64,000 nucleotides of DNA from Longimicrobiales bacterium (lineage in GTDB: Bacteria > Gemmatimonadota > Gemmatimonadetes > Longimicrobiales > Gaopeijiaceae). Every line of letters starts with the position of its first letter. Within the stretch, counting starts at the first letter, position 1. The DNA is taken from assembly GCA_965204735.1 (NCBI GenBank), contig OZ242008.1, positions 3,904,001-3,968,000 of the forward strand. The letters are read 5' to 3'. The notes beneath the pieces are model-generated. The model was not told where the DNA came from. It saw only the letters and a program-made list of their open reading frames with translations, and made no database searches. Shown here one piece after another: positions 29,050 to 39,208 of the stretch. The position numbers and the translations under genes are program-made.

Positions 29050-31355
29050 CCGACTCGAGGGTCGGCCGCGAACTCGGCGCCCTCACGCGCGAGCTGGGGA
29101 TCAAGCTCCGAGTCCGCCTCGGTCTGAAGGTCGCCGTTCGCGACCTGACCGTGGGCAAGGTCGTCGACTACCGGGTTGTGTCGGCCGGCGACATGGACAA
29201 GAGCGCTGGTTTGGTCTCCAGGGATTCGCCGATCGGCCACGCCCTCCTGGCTGCAAGCCAAGGTGACGAACTGACGGTGCGGCTGCCGGCCGGCGCACGC
29301 CGCTTCAAAGTGCTGCAAGTCCATGCGAAAGGCTCCAAGGCGGCCCGCCGGCTGGTCGCTTGGACGTTGGGCAGGGAGGCCGACGCCGGCTTGGGGCGTC
29401 TTCCGTGGGTATTTGTTGCCGACGTCGAACGAGCCCTGCGCCTGATCCCCTGCGGCCCAAGCGCTGGCGCGGACCCGAGATCGATCCAGCTCGAGGAGCC
29501 CTGGGCCTTGGTCGCTGCTCCCTCGGACACCGAGATCGAGACTCGGGACGACCATGCGGCCGTCGTGGACGTCATCCGCACCGGGACGCGACGCCTGTGG
29601 CGAGTATGCGGTACGGTCGGCTTTCTGACGGCGGACGGCTCGCTGACCACGATCGAGGCGCGCGGCCCCACGGGCGGCGCGAAGGTCGAATACGAGCTGC
29701 ACGGAAAGCAGCGCCGCTTCGGCCGGACGAGGACGCCCGTGTTCCTGGGCCCTCCGGCGATGCGCAAGCGGAAGGACGGGAAGCTGCAAGGCGCGGTTCC
29801 GGAGCAGGACCTGCAGTGGAAGCCGGAGCTGCCGGGCTCGGCCTGGAGGCGTGTGCCCTCGGCCGAAGTCGTTCTGGGGTTCGGCGCCATGAGGTACGTG
29901 GAAGAGGGCGTCGTGCGCCGCTCCGTCCAACTCTGCGTCTTGCCCGACAAAGCTGCGCTGCGCATCCGCACTTCGCCCGATCCGCGACGTGGGGAAGCGT
30001 GGCTGCTGGGGTTCGGCAACGTCGAGGCGGAGGTTGTGGCGCCGGCCCACGTGCAGGCCGGCGTCTGCACCGAAGGCCGCAAGCACCGCCTGGAGCTGCT
30101 CGCCGAGAGCGACGTGCCTCCGCGCGAAGTGATCGTGGCGCTGACGTGGCACGGACGGGACGACTTGTTGGGCAAGGCGAAGTTGAGAGTTCCGTTCCCC
30201 ACCGAGCACGTCGCACTCTTCGGCGCGCGAGGACAGGAGCTGGCGCCCGGCTCCGTCCTGACGCCGCAGCAGTTGGCGGGCGCCCGTGCCGAGGCAGTCG
30301 CCCCGGAAGGCTCGGCGTTCGAGGTGCGAAGCCGTTGCGCAGGCCGGAACGCGGGCGAGATCGAGCCCTGGAGCGCCGCGACGGCAGCGGAAGTGCCCGC
30401 AACAAGTCCAGGGCAGTACTCGCTGGACCTCGCCGCCCTGCAACCCGCAGTTGCGGACGCGCTGGCGCTCGACAAGGACCTGCACGGGGCCGTCGAGCTG
30501 ACGGTCGGCCGCAAGCAAGGCGGAGAGCCGGTCGAGTGCCCGGGCGCCCGGGAACTCGCGAGCCCGTCGAACTCCTCTTCCATCGTGGTGATGCGCTTCG
30601 ACTTGAGGTTGGAGCGGCGCGACGCCGGCTCGTCCGTGCTCGACCTGGACCAACCCAGCCGCGAGAAGACGACCGCCGGCGAACTCGCCTCTCTTCAGGT
30701 TGAGGCGTTGCCCCTCCTCGACCCCGACCTGAAGCCGGTGACGCTGGAGCGCGAGAGCCGCACGAGCTGGCGGGCACCGGAACGGCGCCTCGTCCCTGGG
30801 CCTTGTCTGGTCGTTGGACGTGGCGAGAGTCGGCGACGCCTTTGGCCGCTGATCTGGCACGTCGGGGCAAGGGAGCACCGGTCGCACGGCCCTTCGTCCC
30901 ACCCGCGGAGCGCCGAGGAAGCCTACGCGAGCACGGTTGGCGGATCCCCAGCCATGGCGTTTCAGTCCGTCGCCGGCCAGATCGGCGCCCAGCCGGGTCA
31001 CGACGACTGGAAGCTGGTCTTCGGCTGTTTGCGAGAGGCGTCGCTTCCCGTTCAGGTCTTCCCGTTGCTGCGGGGCCTGGCCAGCACTCCCAGAGCTTGC
31101 GCGACGGCAGCGTTCCTTGCGTCGGATCAAGACTTCGACCTGCTGTGGAGGCGGATGGAGGAGCTTCCCTTCGCATGGTGGCAGGTGCCGCCTTGCTGCT
31201 GGAGGGAAGCATTGGACGCGTACGCGGAGCACTTGCGAGAAGGAGTGAGGGCCCTCGGCGGCACCGACTTGGCCCAGCAGGTCGTCGACGACCTGACCGC
31301 GTCGAGGATCGCACGGCTGAGGGCTCGCCTGGACGGCTTGGACGACATCCTATGA
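29046..31355 (+). CDS. Chimeric ORF: GreA/GreB C-terminal domain fused to a STY4851/ECs_5259-like (probable DruH-like) region
   Basis: First ~95 aa RVRLG.KV.V...Y.VV...D...G.VSRDSPIGHALL....GD...V.LPAG resembles GreA-C. The rest (LPWVF, VFLGPP, LRVPFP, HDDWKLV, ELPFAWWQVP..W) recalls the STY4851 family. GTG 29046 overlaps the cusA stop. Confidence 0.55.
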   Translation: MTDSRVGRELGALTRELGIKLRVRLGLKVAVRDLTVGKVVDYRVVSAGDMDKSAGLVSRDSPIGHALLAASQGDELTVRLPAGARRFKVLQVHAKGSKAARRLVAWTLGREADAGLGRLPWVFVADVERALRLIPCGPSAGADPRSIQLEEPWALVAAPSDTEIETRDDHAAVVDVIRTGTRRLWRVCGTVGFLTADGSLTTIEARGPTGGAKVEYELHGKQRRFGRTRTPVFLGPPAMRKRKDGKLQGAVPEQDLQWKPELPGSAWRRVPSAEVVLGFGAMRYVEEGVVRRSVQLCVLPDKAALRIRTSPDPRRGEAWLLGFGNVEAEVVAPAHVQAGVCTEGRKHRLELLAESDVPPREVIVALTWHGRDDLLGKAKLRVPFPTEHVALFGARGQELAPGSVLTPQQLAGARAEAVAPEGSAFEVRSRCAGRNAGEIEPWSAATAAEVPATSPGQYSLDLAALQPAVADALALDKDLHGAVELTVGRKQGGEPVECPGARELASPSNSSSIVVMRFDLRLERRDAGSSVLDLDQPSREKTTAGELASLQVEALPLLDPDLKPVTLERESRTSWRAPERRLVPGPCLVVGRGESRRRLWPLIWHVGAREHRSHGPSSHPRSAEEAYASTVGGSPAMAFQSVAGQIGAQPGHDDWKLVFGCLREASLPVQVFPLLRGLASTPRACATAAFLASDQDFDLLWRRMEELPFAWWQVPPCCWREALDAYAEHLREGVRALGGTDLAQQVVDDLTASRIARLRARLDGLDDIL

Positions 31356-31358
31356 CTC

Positions 31359-31540
31359 GTGACCGGAGACGGCTCGCCGCAGGCGAAGGGCCGGGTCGAG
31401 CGGACGTTCGGCACGGCGCAGGATCGGCTGGTCAAGGAGATGCGCTTGGCGCGGGTCGCCACGCTCGAGGCGGCGAACCGCTACTTGGAGGAGCGATGGG
31501 TTCCGTTCTGGAACGAACGCTTCACGGTGGCGCCGCGGTT
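31359..31540 (+). mobile_element. Transposase fragment (ISNCY/IS481-like integrase core, C-terminal part)
   Basis: SPQAKGRVERTFGTAQDRLVKEMRL...LEAANRYL....P.WNERF.V.P contains the catalytic E region. The rest of the element is absent. Confidence 0.8.
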
Positions 31541-31543
31541 GCC

Positions 31544-32571
31544 ATGGCGCTGTTGCCGGCGGTCTTGCTTGCGGGCGCTCTTGGTGCCCAGGAAGTGGTG
31601 GATCTGCCGGAAGAGGACCGGTTTCCGGCGCTTGATCTGGATGAGGTCTACCGCGTAGGCGGATCGGACCTGTTGCTCAGCAGGGTGCGGAAAGCGGAGT
31701 TCGGCGGCGACGGCACGCTCTACCTCTTGGACGGCAACTCGGCTTCTTCGGCTCGCTTGCTGGCGATCCGCGACGACGGACAAACCGCCGTCCAACTCGG
31801 GGAGCCTGGCGACGGCCCAGGAGAGTTCGGCGGTCTGCCTCACTTTGCTCCTCTGGGGGATCGGCACGTGGCCGCATTCGACTTGGGGCAAAACGCGTAC
31901 TTGGTCTTTTCCTCCGACGGCGCACTGGTGCGCACGGTCGGGGCAGGCGGGGGTGGCCGGGTAGCTGGACTCGGGAACTTGGCCCGGGTCGTGCGCCCTG
32001 ACCGAGCACGCAACGGCCTCCTCATGGTCAACCCGTTGAACCGGACGACCGTGAGCCGCGGAAGCGCTGGGGAATCCGGCCGCGCGGCGATTCTGCGAGT
32101 TGGATTCGGTGGGGACGACATCTCGACGCGCACCGTCCTGCAGGCGTGGTCGCCCGTACCGATGCCGCGGGGGCTGAGGGACTTCGAGCCGAACCTGAAC
32201 TTCGATGCCTTTCCCGACGGAACGATCGTGTACTCCGATTCGTCGGCCTACTCGATCAAGGTCGCAACCCCGAACGGCGATCTCGTGCGCGTCATGCGAC
32301 GCCCCGTCTTTCCGACGGCGGTCACGGCTCGCCATCGCGAAGCCGGTGCCGAGGCGCTCCGTCGCACGCTGGAGGAAGCACCGTGGACGACTATGTTCCG
32401 GGTCCGGTGGACCTGCTCCTGGCAACGGGCGACTACGTCGGAACCTTCGACCCGAGCGACCTTCCGATGCCGATGGCCCTGGGGCCGGACGGTCTGGCCG
32501 CGTTTCTCGAACTGGATGCGCTGGAAGTCCCGACCGTGGTGGTTCGGAGGCTCTCGACCGAGCTTCGTTAG
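31544..32571 (+). pseudogene. Exported 6-bladed beta-propeller, frameshifted near 32380
   Basis: Signal peptide, AQEVVDLPEED..EVYRVGG, GEPGDGPGEF and YSDSSAYSIK. The family-like C-terminus (GPVDLL...GDYVGT...MPMALGPDGLAAFLELDALEVPTVVVRRL) lies in a different frame. Confidence 0.7.
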
Positions 32572-32736
32572 TCCGCGCCGCACCGCACGGGGCGAGCTGC
32601 TCAGTGGGACAGACCGGGGCCGCCCGACCTCACGTGGGTCCCTTTGTCGCTGTCGCTGCCCGGGCGTACCTTGATTGGGGATTGGTCCCCGCGCCCCGGC
32701 CCCCGTCCAACTTGATCGTCCACCCGGGAAGAACAA

Positions 32737-33954
32737 ATGAGCTTGGCACTTCGCCCTGGTCCCTTGAAGCGAGTCCGGGACGCTCTCGCGCTCGCGCTCC
32801 CGCTTGCCGTCGCTGCCGGCTGCGCCTCCGGCGGGTCGGGCGCCCCGACCACGGAGGTCGCGCCGGCGGCAGGACCCGCGGATCAGCAGACGGCCGACCG
32901 ACCGGCCCAGGCCCAACCGGCGGAACCGGCGAGCCAAGCGGACGCCCCCGGCCCCGGAGACGCCGCTCCGGCGTGCTTCGACCGGGCCACCCAGCCCCAC
33001 ACCTCCATCGCCGACGCCCACATCCACTTCCGTCCCTTCAACGGCCCCGCAATTCCCTTCGACGAAGTGGTCGGCTACCTGGAGGCGGCCGGCGTGCGCT
33101 TCGCCACCGTGATGGGCATCGGCCAAGTGCTGCCCGCGTCTTCGCCCTGCACGTACTACCTGGACTGCCCCGGAACCCCCGTCTCGCCCTCGCTGCGGAA
33201 CGACTTTGCCAACGCGACCGCCTTTGCCGAGAACCCGCCGGCCAGCGTGCAATTGGCCCTGGCGATGACGTTCCCGGACATCTCCCAACCGAACTCGATC
33301 CTCGACGGAATCGCCTTGCTGGACAAGGAGTTCCCTGGGATGTTCCCGTGGATGGGCGAGGTCAACTTGGTCAAGCAGGCAATGTACGGGAACCATCACG
33401 AAGCCGTGGCGGCCGACGGCATCGACGACTGGGCGCCCTTCATGAGCGTCTTGCGGGAACGAGACATGCCCTTGTCGATTCACGCCGACCTGGGCAGCAA
33501 CGAAGCGCCGACCGAGCACCTTCCGCTGCTGGAACGCGTGCTGAGCCTCTACCCCTCGAACAAGATCGTGTGGATGCACATGGGCCTGTCGCTCGAGCTC
33601 ACCGACATGGACGCGGAGCACCACGTCGCGCTGCTCGAGCGGCTTCTGGGCGACCATCCGAACCTCTACTTGGACATCTCGTGGCGCATCGTGCACGACC
33701 ATTACTTCATCCAGCCCGAGGAGCGCGCCGTCTACGTGGCGTTCTTCAACGCGCACTCCGAGCGAATCCTGACCGGCACCGACTTCCTGGCCTCGCGGAA
33801 CAAGGACTTCGAGACGTACAAGGAGGAGCTGGCGGTGACGAGCAGCATCAACCAGGACCTGAGCGACGAAGCGTTCCGAGACATCGCCCTGGGCCAGAGC
33901 TACGCCCGCCTGCTGAACCTCGACTACGAGGCGCCGACGATCTGTCGGGGGTAG
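32737..33954 (+). CDS. Amidohydrolase-superfamily lipoprotein
   Basis: Lipobox-like AAGC, DAHIHF (HxH), GEVN, IHADLG, WMHMG, LYLDISW and LTGTDF. Confidence 0.8.
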   Translation: MSLALRPGPLKRVRDALALALPLAVAAGCASGGSGAPTTEVAPAAGPADQQTADRPAQAQPAEPASQADAPGPGDAAPACFDRATQPHTSIADAHIHFRPFNGPAIPFDEVVGYLEAAGVRFATVMGIGQVLPASSPCTYYLDCPGTPVSPSLRNDFANATAFAENPPASVQLALAMTFPDISQPNSILDGIALLDKEFPGMFPWMGEVNLVKQAMYGNHHEAVAADGIDDWAPFMSVLRERDMPLSIHADLGSNEAPTEHLPLLERVLSLYPSNKIVWMHMGLSLELTDMDAEHHVALLERLLGDHPNLYLDISWRIVHDHYFIQPEERAVYVAFFNAHSERILTGTDFLASRNKDFETYKEELAVTSSINQDLSDEAFRDIALGQSYARLLNLDYEAPTICRG

Positions 33955-34153
33955 TCGGGGGTCGCGCCCACAGAGCTTCCCTGCCCGATCCGAACGCCCG
34001 GTAGACGGCGACGCTTCATTGGGGCCGCAGCTCCGACGACCGCAATGTCCGGCGGTCCGCTTGCCCCTCGCCACTTGCCCCTTCCATCGCTCGTTTCCAC
34101 TATGTCCGCGTCCTGCTTGCAGTCGCCACGACGATCCAAGAGGCAACGCATCC

Positions 34154-36811
34154 ATGTCCAAGACCCGCTCTTCCCGCCCGCGCCAAGCGACGACCGCCGC
34201 TCTCGGCGCCGTCCCCGGCATCGCCCTCTTCGCTTTCGTCGGGACGCCGGCGCCCCTGGCCGCCCAAGACCCCCTTCCCTCCATCGCCGAGAAGACCGAA
34301 GGCGCCGAGGCCGTCGAGGGCTTCTTCGACCTCTACTGGGACGACGCGAAGGGGGTCCTCTATTGGGAACTCGACCCAAGCGCGGGAGAGTTCCTCTACC
34401 AAGTGTCGATGGGGTCGGGGCTGGGATCGAATCCGGTCGGCATCGACCGGGGTCAGCTGCGGGGCACCCATGTCCTTGAAGCCAAGCGGGTCGGGCCTCG
34501 AATCTTCCTGATGGAGCCCAACTACCGCTTCCAGGCGCGCAGCGACAACCCGACCGAGGTGCAGGCGGTGCGCGACGCCTTCGCGCCTTCGGTCTACTGG
34601 GGGTTCGACGTCGTCGCCGAGTCCGACGGCCGGGCGCTTGTGGACGCGACGCCGTTCTTCGTCCGCGACGCCCGAGGCGCGGCCGCCCAGATGGCCCAGC
34701 GCGGCCAGGGCAGCTTCCAGCTCGACCGCTCCCGTTCGGCGCTCCACATGCCCGCCACGCGATCGTACCCGGACAACACCGAAGTCGAAGCGCTGCTCAC
34801 CTTCACCAGCGACAACCCGGGCGGCCTGGTCCGGGGCGTCGCCGTCAATCCGCAAGCCGTCACCCTGCGGCAGCATCACTCGTTCGTCCGCCTCCCCGAC
34901 GACGGCTACAAGACCCGCATTGCCGACCCCCGCATCGGCGTGAACGGCCCTACGATCTACGACTACGCGACCCCCATCGACCAGGACTTGCGCATCCGCT
35001 TGGCCGCTCGCCACCGGCTCCAGAAGGCCGACCCCGGAGCGGAGCCCTCGGCACCTGTCGAGCCCATTGTGTACTACGTGGACCCGGGCACGCCCGAGCC
35101 GGTGCGCAGCGCACTCGTCGAGGGAGCGCGCTGGTGGGCCGACGCATTCGAGGCTGCTGGGTTCGTCGACGCCTACCGGGTCGAAGTCCTGCCCGAGGGA
35201 GTGGACCCCCAGGACATTCGCTACAACATGATCCACTGGACTCATCGGCGGACCCGCGGATACTCGTACGGCAACACCGTCACGGACCCGCGCACCGGCG
35301 AGATCATCCGGGGCGTAGTGAACCTGGGCAGCCTGAGGCTTCGGCAGGACTACCTCTTGGCCCAGGGAATGACCGCTCCTTTCCCGGGCGGCAGCGCCTC
35401 GCCGGACGGCGGCGGGCTCTTCGGAGCGGGCGGAGGGTTCGACCTCCACCTCGGCCTCGACGCGGACCACGACGACGCATGCATGGCCGCCGCGCCGGTC
35501 TTCGAGTACTTGGCCCAGGCCGCGAGCAACGGCGACGCCGTCGAGATGGCCCTGGACCGAGTGCGTCAGCTGTCGGCCCACGAAGTCGGCCACACGCTGG
35601 GCTTCCCGCACAACTACTTGGCAAGCGCCTACGGGCGGGAAAGCGTGATGGACTACCCTGCGCCTCTCGTCGAGATCGCCGGGGGCGAGCTGGACTTGTC
35701 CAACGCCTACGTGCAGCGCATCGGCGAGTACGACAAGCTGGCCGTCAACTGGCTCTATCGCGACTTCCCGGAAGGGACCGACGAAGCCGCCGCCCTCGAG
35801 GAGATCGTCATGCAGGGGATCCGCGACGGTCTCGAGTTCATGGCCCACAACAACAACAACTTCGTCGGCGCGGCCCATCAGTTCGCCAGCGTGTGGGACA
35901 ACGGCGAAAACTTGGTGGACCACCTGGAGCACGAGCTTCGCGTGCGCGAGATCGGCATGGAGCGCTTCGGCGCCGACGCAATCCGCGCAGGCCGGCCGCT
36001 TTCCGATCTCGAATACGTTCTGTTGCCGCTGTACATGCACCACCGCTTCCAGCTCCGTTCGGCGGCTCAGAGCCTGGGCGGCGCCAACTACCGCTACGCC
36101 CTGCGCGGCGACGGTCAGGTCGCCGTGGAGATCGTGCCCGGCGACGAGCAGCGGCGAGCCCTCGAAGCCGTCTTGTCCACGCTGACCGTGGACTTCCTTG
36201 CGCTGCCCAAGGACCTGGTCGGTCGAGTTCCGCCCCCCGCCTTCCGTCATCAAGAGGGCGAGTCCTTCCCTGGGCGCACGGGGCTGCTCTTCGATCCCAT
36301 CTCCGCCGCCGCAGCCTCGGCGGACTTCTCCGTCGGCGAGATCCTGCACCCGGCCCGGATGGCGCGACTGGTCGGCTACGGCAGCATGGACGAGGACTAC
36401 CCGAACCTGGAGGAAGTGACGGATCGACTGATCGAGGCGACGTGGGACGCCGACAAGCCCGACGACGAATACGAGCTGCAGGTGCTGCACGCGATTCAGC
36501 GCGCCGTGGTGGACCGGATGATGCGGCACGCAAGCAGCGAGGCCTCGGCGCCCGAAGTGCGCGCGGTTCTCTCGGACCGTCTCGACCGACTGGCCGGACG
36601 GCTGGAAGGGCTGACCGAAGGAAGCACGGGGCTGGGCCGCTTGGCGGGCCGCCTGGGCGGCCGCGTCGCCGGCGACCGGCTGGACAAGTCGCCCCACGAG
36701 CGTCTCGTCCACGCCGACATCCGCCGCTGGCAGGCCCGGATCGAGAACACGGTGCCGGCCCAGGCGTTGCCGCTTCCGGCAGGCGACCCGATCGGGGGCA
36801 GCAACCGGTAG
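34154..36811 (+). CDS. Secreted Met-zincin zinc metalloprotease (DUF5117/DUF4953-type)
   Basis: HEVGHTLGFPHN, Met-turn SVMDY, DPRTGEII, and a signal peptide ending AAQD. Confidence 0.88.
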   Translation: MSKTRSSRPRQATTAALGAVPGIALFAFVGTPAPLAAQDPLPSIAEKTEGAEAVEGFFDLYWDDAKGVLYWELDPSAGEFLYQVSMGSGLGSNPVGIDRGQLRGTHVLEAKRVGPRIFLMEPNYRFQARSDNPTEVQAVRDAFAPSVYWGFDVVAESDGRALVDATPFFVRDARGAAAQMAQRGQGSFQLDRSRSALHMPATRSYPDNTEVEALLTFTSDNPGGLVRGVAVNPQAVTLRQHHSFVRLPDDGYKTRIADPRIGVNGPTIYDYATPIDQDLRIRLAARHRLQKADPGAEPSAPVEPIVYYVDPGTPEPVRSALVEGARWWADAFEAAGFVDAYRVEVLPEGVDPQDIRYNMIHWTHRRTRGYSYGNTVTDPRTGEIIRGVVNLGSLRLRQDYLLAQGMTAPFPGGSASPDGGGLFGAGGGFDLHLGLDADHDDACMAAAPVFEYLAQAASNGDAVEMALDRVRQLSAHEVGHTLGFPHNYLASAYGRESVMDYPAPLVEIAGGELDLSNAYVQRIGEYDKLAVNWLYRDFPEGTDEAAALEEIVMQGIRDGLEFMAHNNNNFVGAAHQFASVWDNGENLVDHLEHELRVREIGMERFGADAIRAGRPLSDLEYVLLPLYMHHRFQLRSAAQSLGGANYRYALRGDGQVAVEIVPGDEQRRALEAVLSTLTVDFLALPKDLVGRVPPPAFRHQEGESFPGRTGLLFDPISAAAASADFSVGEILHPARMARLVGYGSMDEDYPNLEEVTDRLIEATWDADKPDDEYELQVLHAIQRAVVDRMMRHASSEASAPEVRAVLSDRLDRLAGRLEGLTEGSTGLGRLAGRLGGRVAGDRLDKSPHERLVHADIRRWQARIENTVPAQALPLPAGDPIGGSNR

Positions 36812-36816
36812 GGGAG

Positions 36817-36855
36817 AAAACGGCCGGCGCTCGTCCTGAGGGCAGACGCCAGCCG
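36817..36855 (-). terminator. Probable intrinsic terminator after the ETF-QO/CDGSH genes
   Basis: Minus strand CGGCTGGCGT...GCGCCGGCCG forms a 10-bp stem (with G-U pairs) followed by TTTT. Confidence 0.5.
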
Positions 36856-36923
36856 CAATCGCCCTCGCTGCCGCCACGGGGACCGTCTTCGGTCTCCGTC
36901 CGGGCCGGCGGCCGCGACGCGGC

Positions 36924-37436
36924 CTACTCCGCCCTGAAGCCGCACCCCCTGTGGCTGCCGTCGCAGAACGGCTTGGTCGCCGACTCCCCGCAACGGCACA
37001 GGGCGCCTTTGCTTCCGCGGGACGTGCCGCCGTCCTCGCCGACCACCGTCAACGGACCTCGGACCAGCAACGGCCCGTTGGTCGCGCATGCGATCGTCAC
37101 CGCATCGACCGCCTCGCGGGCCTGGGCGGCCCCGTCCCGAACGGCATCGGCGCCGGTCCGGCCCGCGTCGGTCCGGCCTGCGCCACCACCGGCGTCGGTC
37201 CCGCCCACGCCGCCGCCCTTGTCGGGCACCAGCCGCCCGCCCTGAATCATGCCCGGGTCGGCGAAGCCCGCGCCGTGGTGGGAGTCGTCGCAGAACGGCT
37301 TTGCCCGGGACGCCCCGCACCTGCACAAGAACGCTTCGTTCGTCTCTTCGACGGCGCCGTCCGCAGGCTCGATCCGAATCCGCCCCGTCAGGTGCAGCGG
37401 TCCGTCGGGCGCCACCCTGCACATGTTCTCGTTCAT
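36924..37436 (-). CDS. CDGSH iron-sulfur domain protein (two domains)
   Basis: LCRCGAS..KPFCDDSH and LCRCGES..KPFCDGSH. Confidence 0.92.
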   Translation of the reverse strand: MNENMCRVAPDGPLHLTGRIRIEPADGAVEETNEAFLCRCGASRAKPFCDDSHHGAGFADPGMIQGGRLVPDKGGGVGGTDAGGGAGRTDAGRTGADAVRDGAAQAREAVDAVTIACATNGPLLVRGPLTVVGEDGGTSRGSKGALCRCGESATKPFCDGSHRGCGFRAE

Positions 37437-37437
37437 T

Positions 37438-39135
37438 TCACATTCTCCGGTAGCGGGGGCCGCTGCCGCCTTCGCGGGGCGACCACCGAGGGCCCAGGAC
37501 GTCGGTGGCCCTGCAATCGATGCAGTTGGGCGCGTTCACGACGAGACGCGCGCCGTCACGCTGATACACGCCCGCCGGGCACAGATGAACGTACATCTCG
37601 GCGACTTCGGGCGGCACGTCCTCGGCAGTGGCGAGATGGGACGGGATGTCGTCGCGGGTCCGGTTCCCGCTCTTGAACACGGCGTCCGCCTTGGAGACGG
37701 CGAGAGGTCCCCTTGCGTCCACCGACTTGCCCATCCTCTTGGGCTCCGACGCGTCGGTTCCCGTCCGAATTCTTCCCGCGGGCAGCCTTCCCCGCGTCAG
37801 CGTCGCCAGCCCGGCCCTTGCAGAGCCCATGACGAAGCCGCTCTTGAAGGCCAAGCGCATGCTGCGGTTCCGTCGCAAGTCCTTCGCGATGAACGACCTG
37901 TCCGCATCTTCCGTGCACGACGCCAGCGCTTCCGCGGAGAAGTCGTCCCTGCACAGCGCCCGATAGGCCGCGCGAGCTGCCAGCATCCCCGAATGCATGG
38001 CGTAGTGGACGCCCTTGAGCGTGGCCACGTCCACGTAGCCGGCCGCGTCTCCCGCGATGCACAAGCCGGCGCCGTGACGTCGGGCCGGGAGCGAATGGAA
38101 GCCTCCTTCCGGGATCGTCTTCGCGCCCCACTCCAGAAGCTCGCCCCCGTCGAGGACGCTGCGATGCAAGGGGTGATGCTTGAGCCGCTGAAGCAGTCCG
38201 TGCACGTCGAGGCGGGCGTTCTCGCCGTCGAGGCTGGCGACCAACCCCAGCGCCACCAAGTTGTCGTCCAGAGGATACGCGAACGAGCCGCCGAAGGCCT
38301 CCCCGAGCAGCGGCCAGCCCATGGTGTGGACGACCCTGTCCAGCGGCTTCTTCACCTCCCAGAGCTCCTTGACTCCCAAGGAGTACATCTGGGGGTTGGG
38401 CGACTCGACGCCCTGCCACTTCAGGTAGGCCTGGGAGAGCGGTCCGCGAGCCCCTTCCGACAACACGGCGACCCGGGACGCCACGTCCACCGGCGGCATG
38501 AACGCGCCTCCTTCGCGGCCCTCCCGGTCCAGGCCCGAAGGCGTCGTGCGCACGCCGACCACGTGGTCGCCGTCCACCAGCAGGCTGGCCACCGGAAAGC
38601 CCGGCAGGATGCTCACGCCCGCCTCTTCGGCCCGCTCTCCCAGCCAGCGGACGATCTCGCAGATCGAGGCCACGTAGTTGCCGTGGTTGCGCATCGTCGG
38701 CGGGGTCGGGACGCGGGTGGCGCCGCCCTCTCGAAGGAAGTAGACGGCCTCCCGCTCCACGGGCCGGCGAAACGGGAACTCCGAATCGGGCGTTCCCGGG
38801 AAGAGCTCCCGGAAGGCGCGAGGGTCGACCACCGCGCCGGAGAGGTTGTGCTCGCCCAACCCCTCCGCCTTCTCCAGCACGGCGATCTCGACCTCGGCCG
38901 GCCCGCTCCCGGCCTTCGCCCCCTCGGCCGCCAGGCGCGCCAGCTCGATCGCCCCTGCCAGCCCTGCCGGACCCGCTCCCACGAACACCACGTCCATGGG
39001 CACCGCTTCCGCGTCGGGCGCGCCGTGCACGATGAAGCGGTCCTGCCTCAGCCCGGGCTGGTGACGCGCCGGACGAACGACGGCGCCGGCGGGGATCCGT
39101 TCTTCGGACAACGCGGAGCGTCCTGTGTGGCTCAT
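37438..39135 (-). CDS. Electron-transfer flavoprotein:quinone oxidoreductase (ETF-QO/FixC-X-like)
   Basis: VGAGPAGLA, HNLSGAV, NHGNY, GVKELW, AKTIPEGG, GDAAG, KGVHYAM, and C-terminal CPAGVY...NCIDC...PREGGSGP. Confidence 0.9.
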   Translation of the reverse strand: MSHTGRSALSEERIPAGAVVRPARHQPGLRQDRFIVHGAPDAEAVPMDVVFVGAGPAGLAGAIELARLAAEGAKAGSGPAEVEIAVLEKAEGLGEHNLSGAVVDPRAFRELFPGTPDSEFPFRRPVEREAVYFLREGGATRVPTPPTMRNHGNYVASICEIVRWLGERAEEAGVSILPGFPVASLLVDGDHVVGVRTTPSGLDREGREGGAFMPPVDVASRVAVLSEGARGPLSQAYLKWQGVESPNPQMYSLGVKELWEVKKPLDRVVHTMGWPLLGEAFGGSFAYPLDDNLVALGLVASLDGENARLDVHGLLQRLKHHPLHRSVLDGGELLEWGAKTIPEGGFHSLPARRHGAGLCIAGDAAGYVDVATLKGVHYAMHSGMLAARAAYRALCRDDFSAEALASCTEDADRSFIAKDLRRNRSMRLAFKSGFVMGSARAGLATLTRGRLPAGRIRTGTDASEPKRMGKSVDARGPLAVSKADAVFKSGNRTRDDIPSHLATAEDVPPEVAEMYVHLCPAGVYQRDGARLVVNAPNCIDCRATDVLGPRWSPREGGSGPRYRRM

Positions 39136-39208
39136 GGGGTCGCAGGAGGGGACCGCATTCGCGAGTCGCAGGACCCGAGAGGGCGGGCCGCCTTGCCGAA
39201 AGTCCAAC

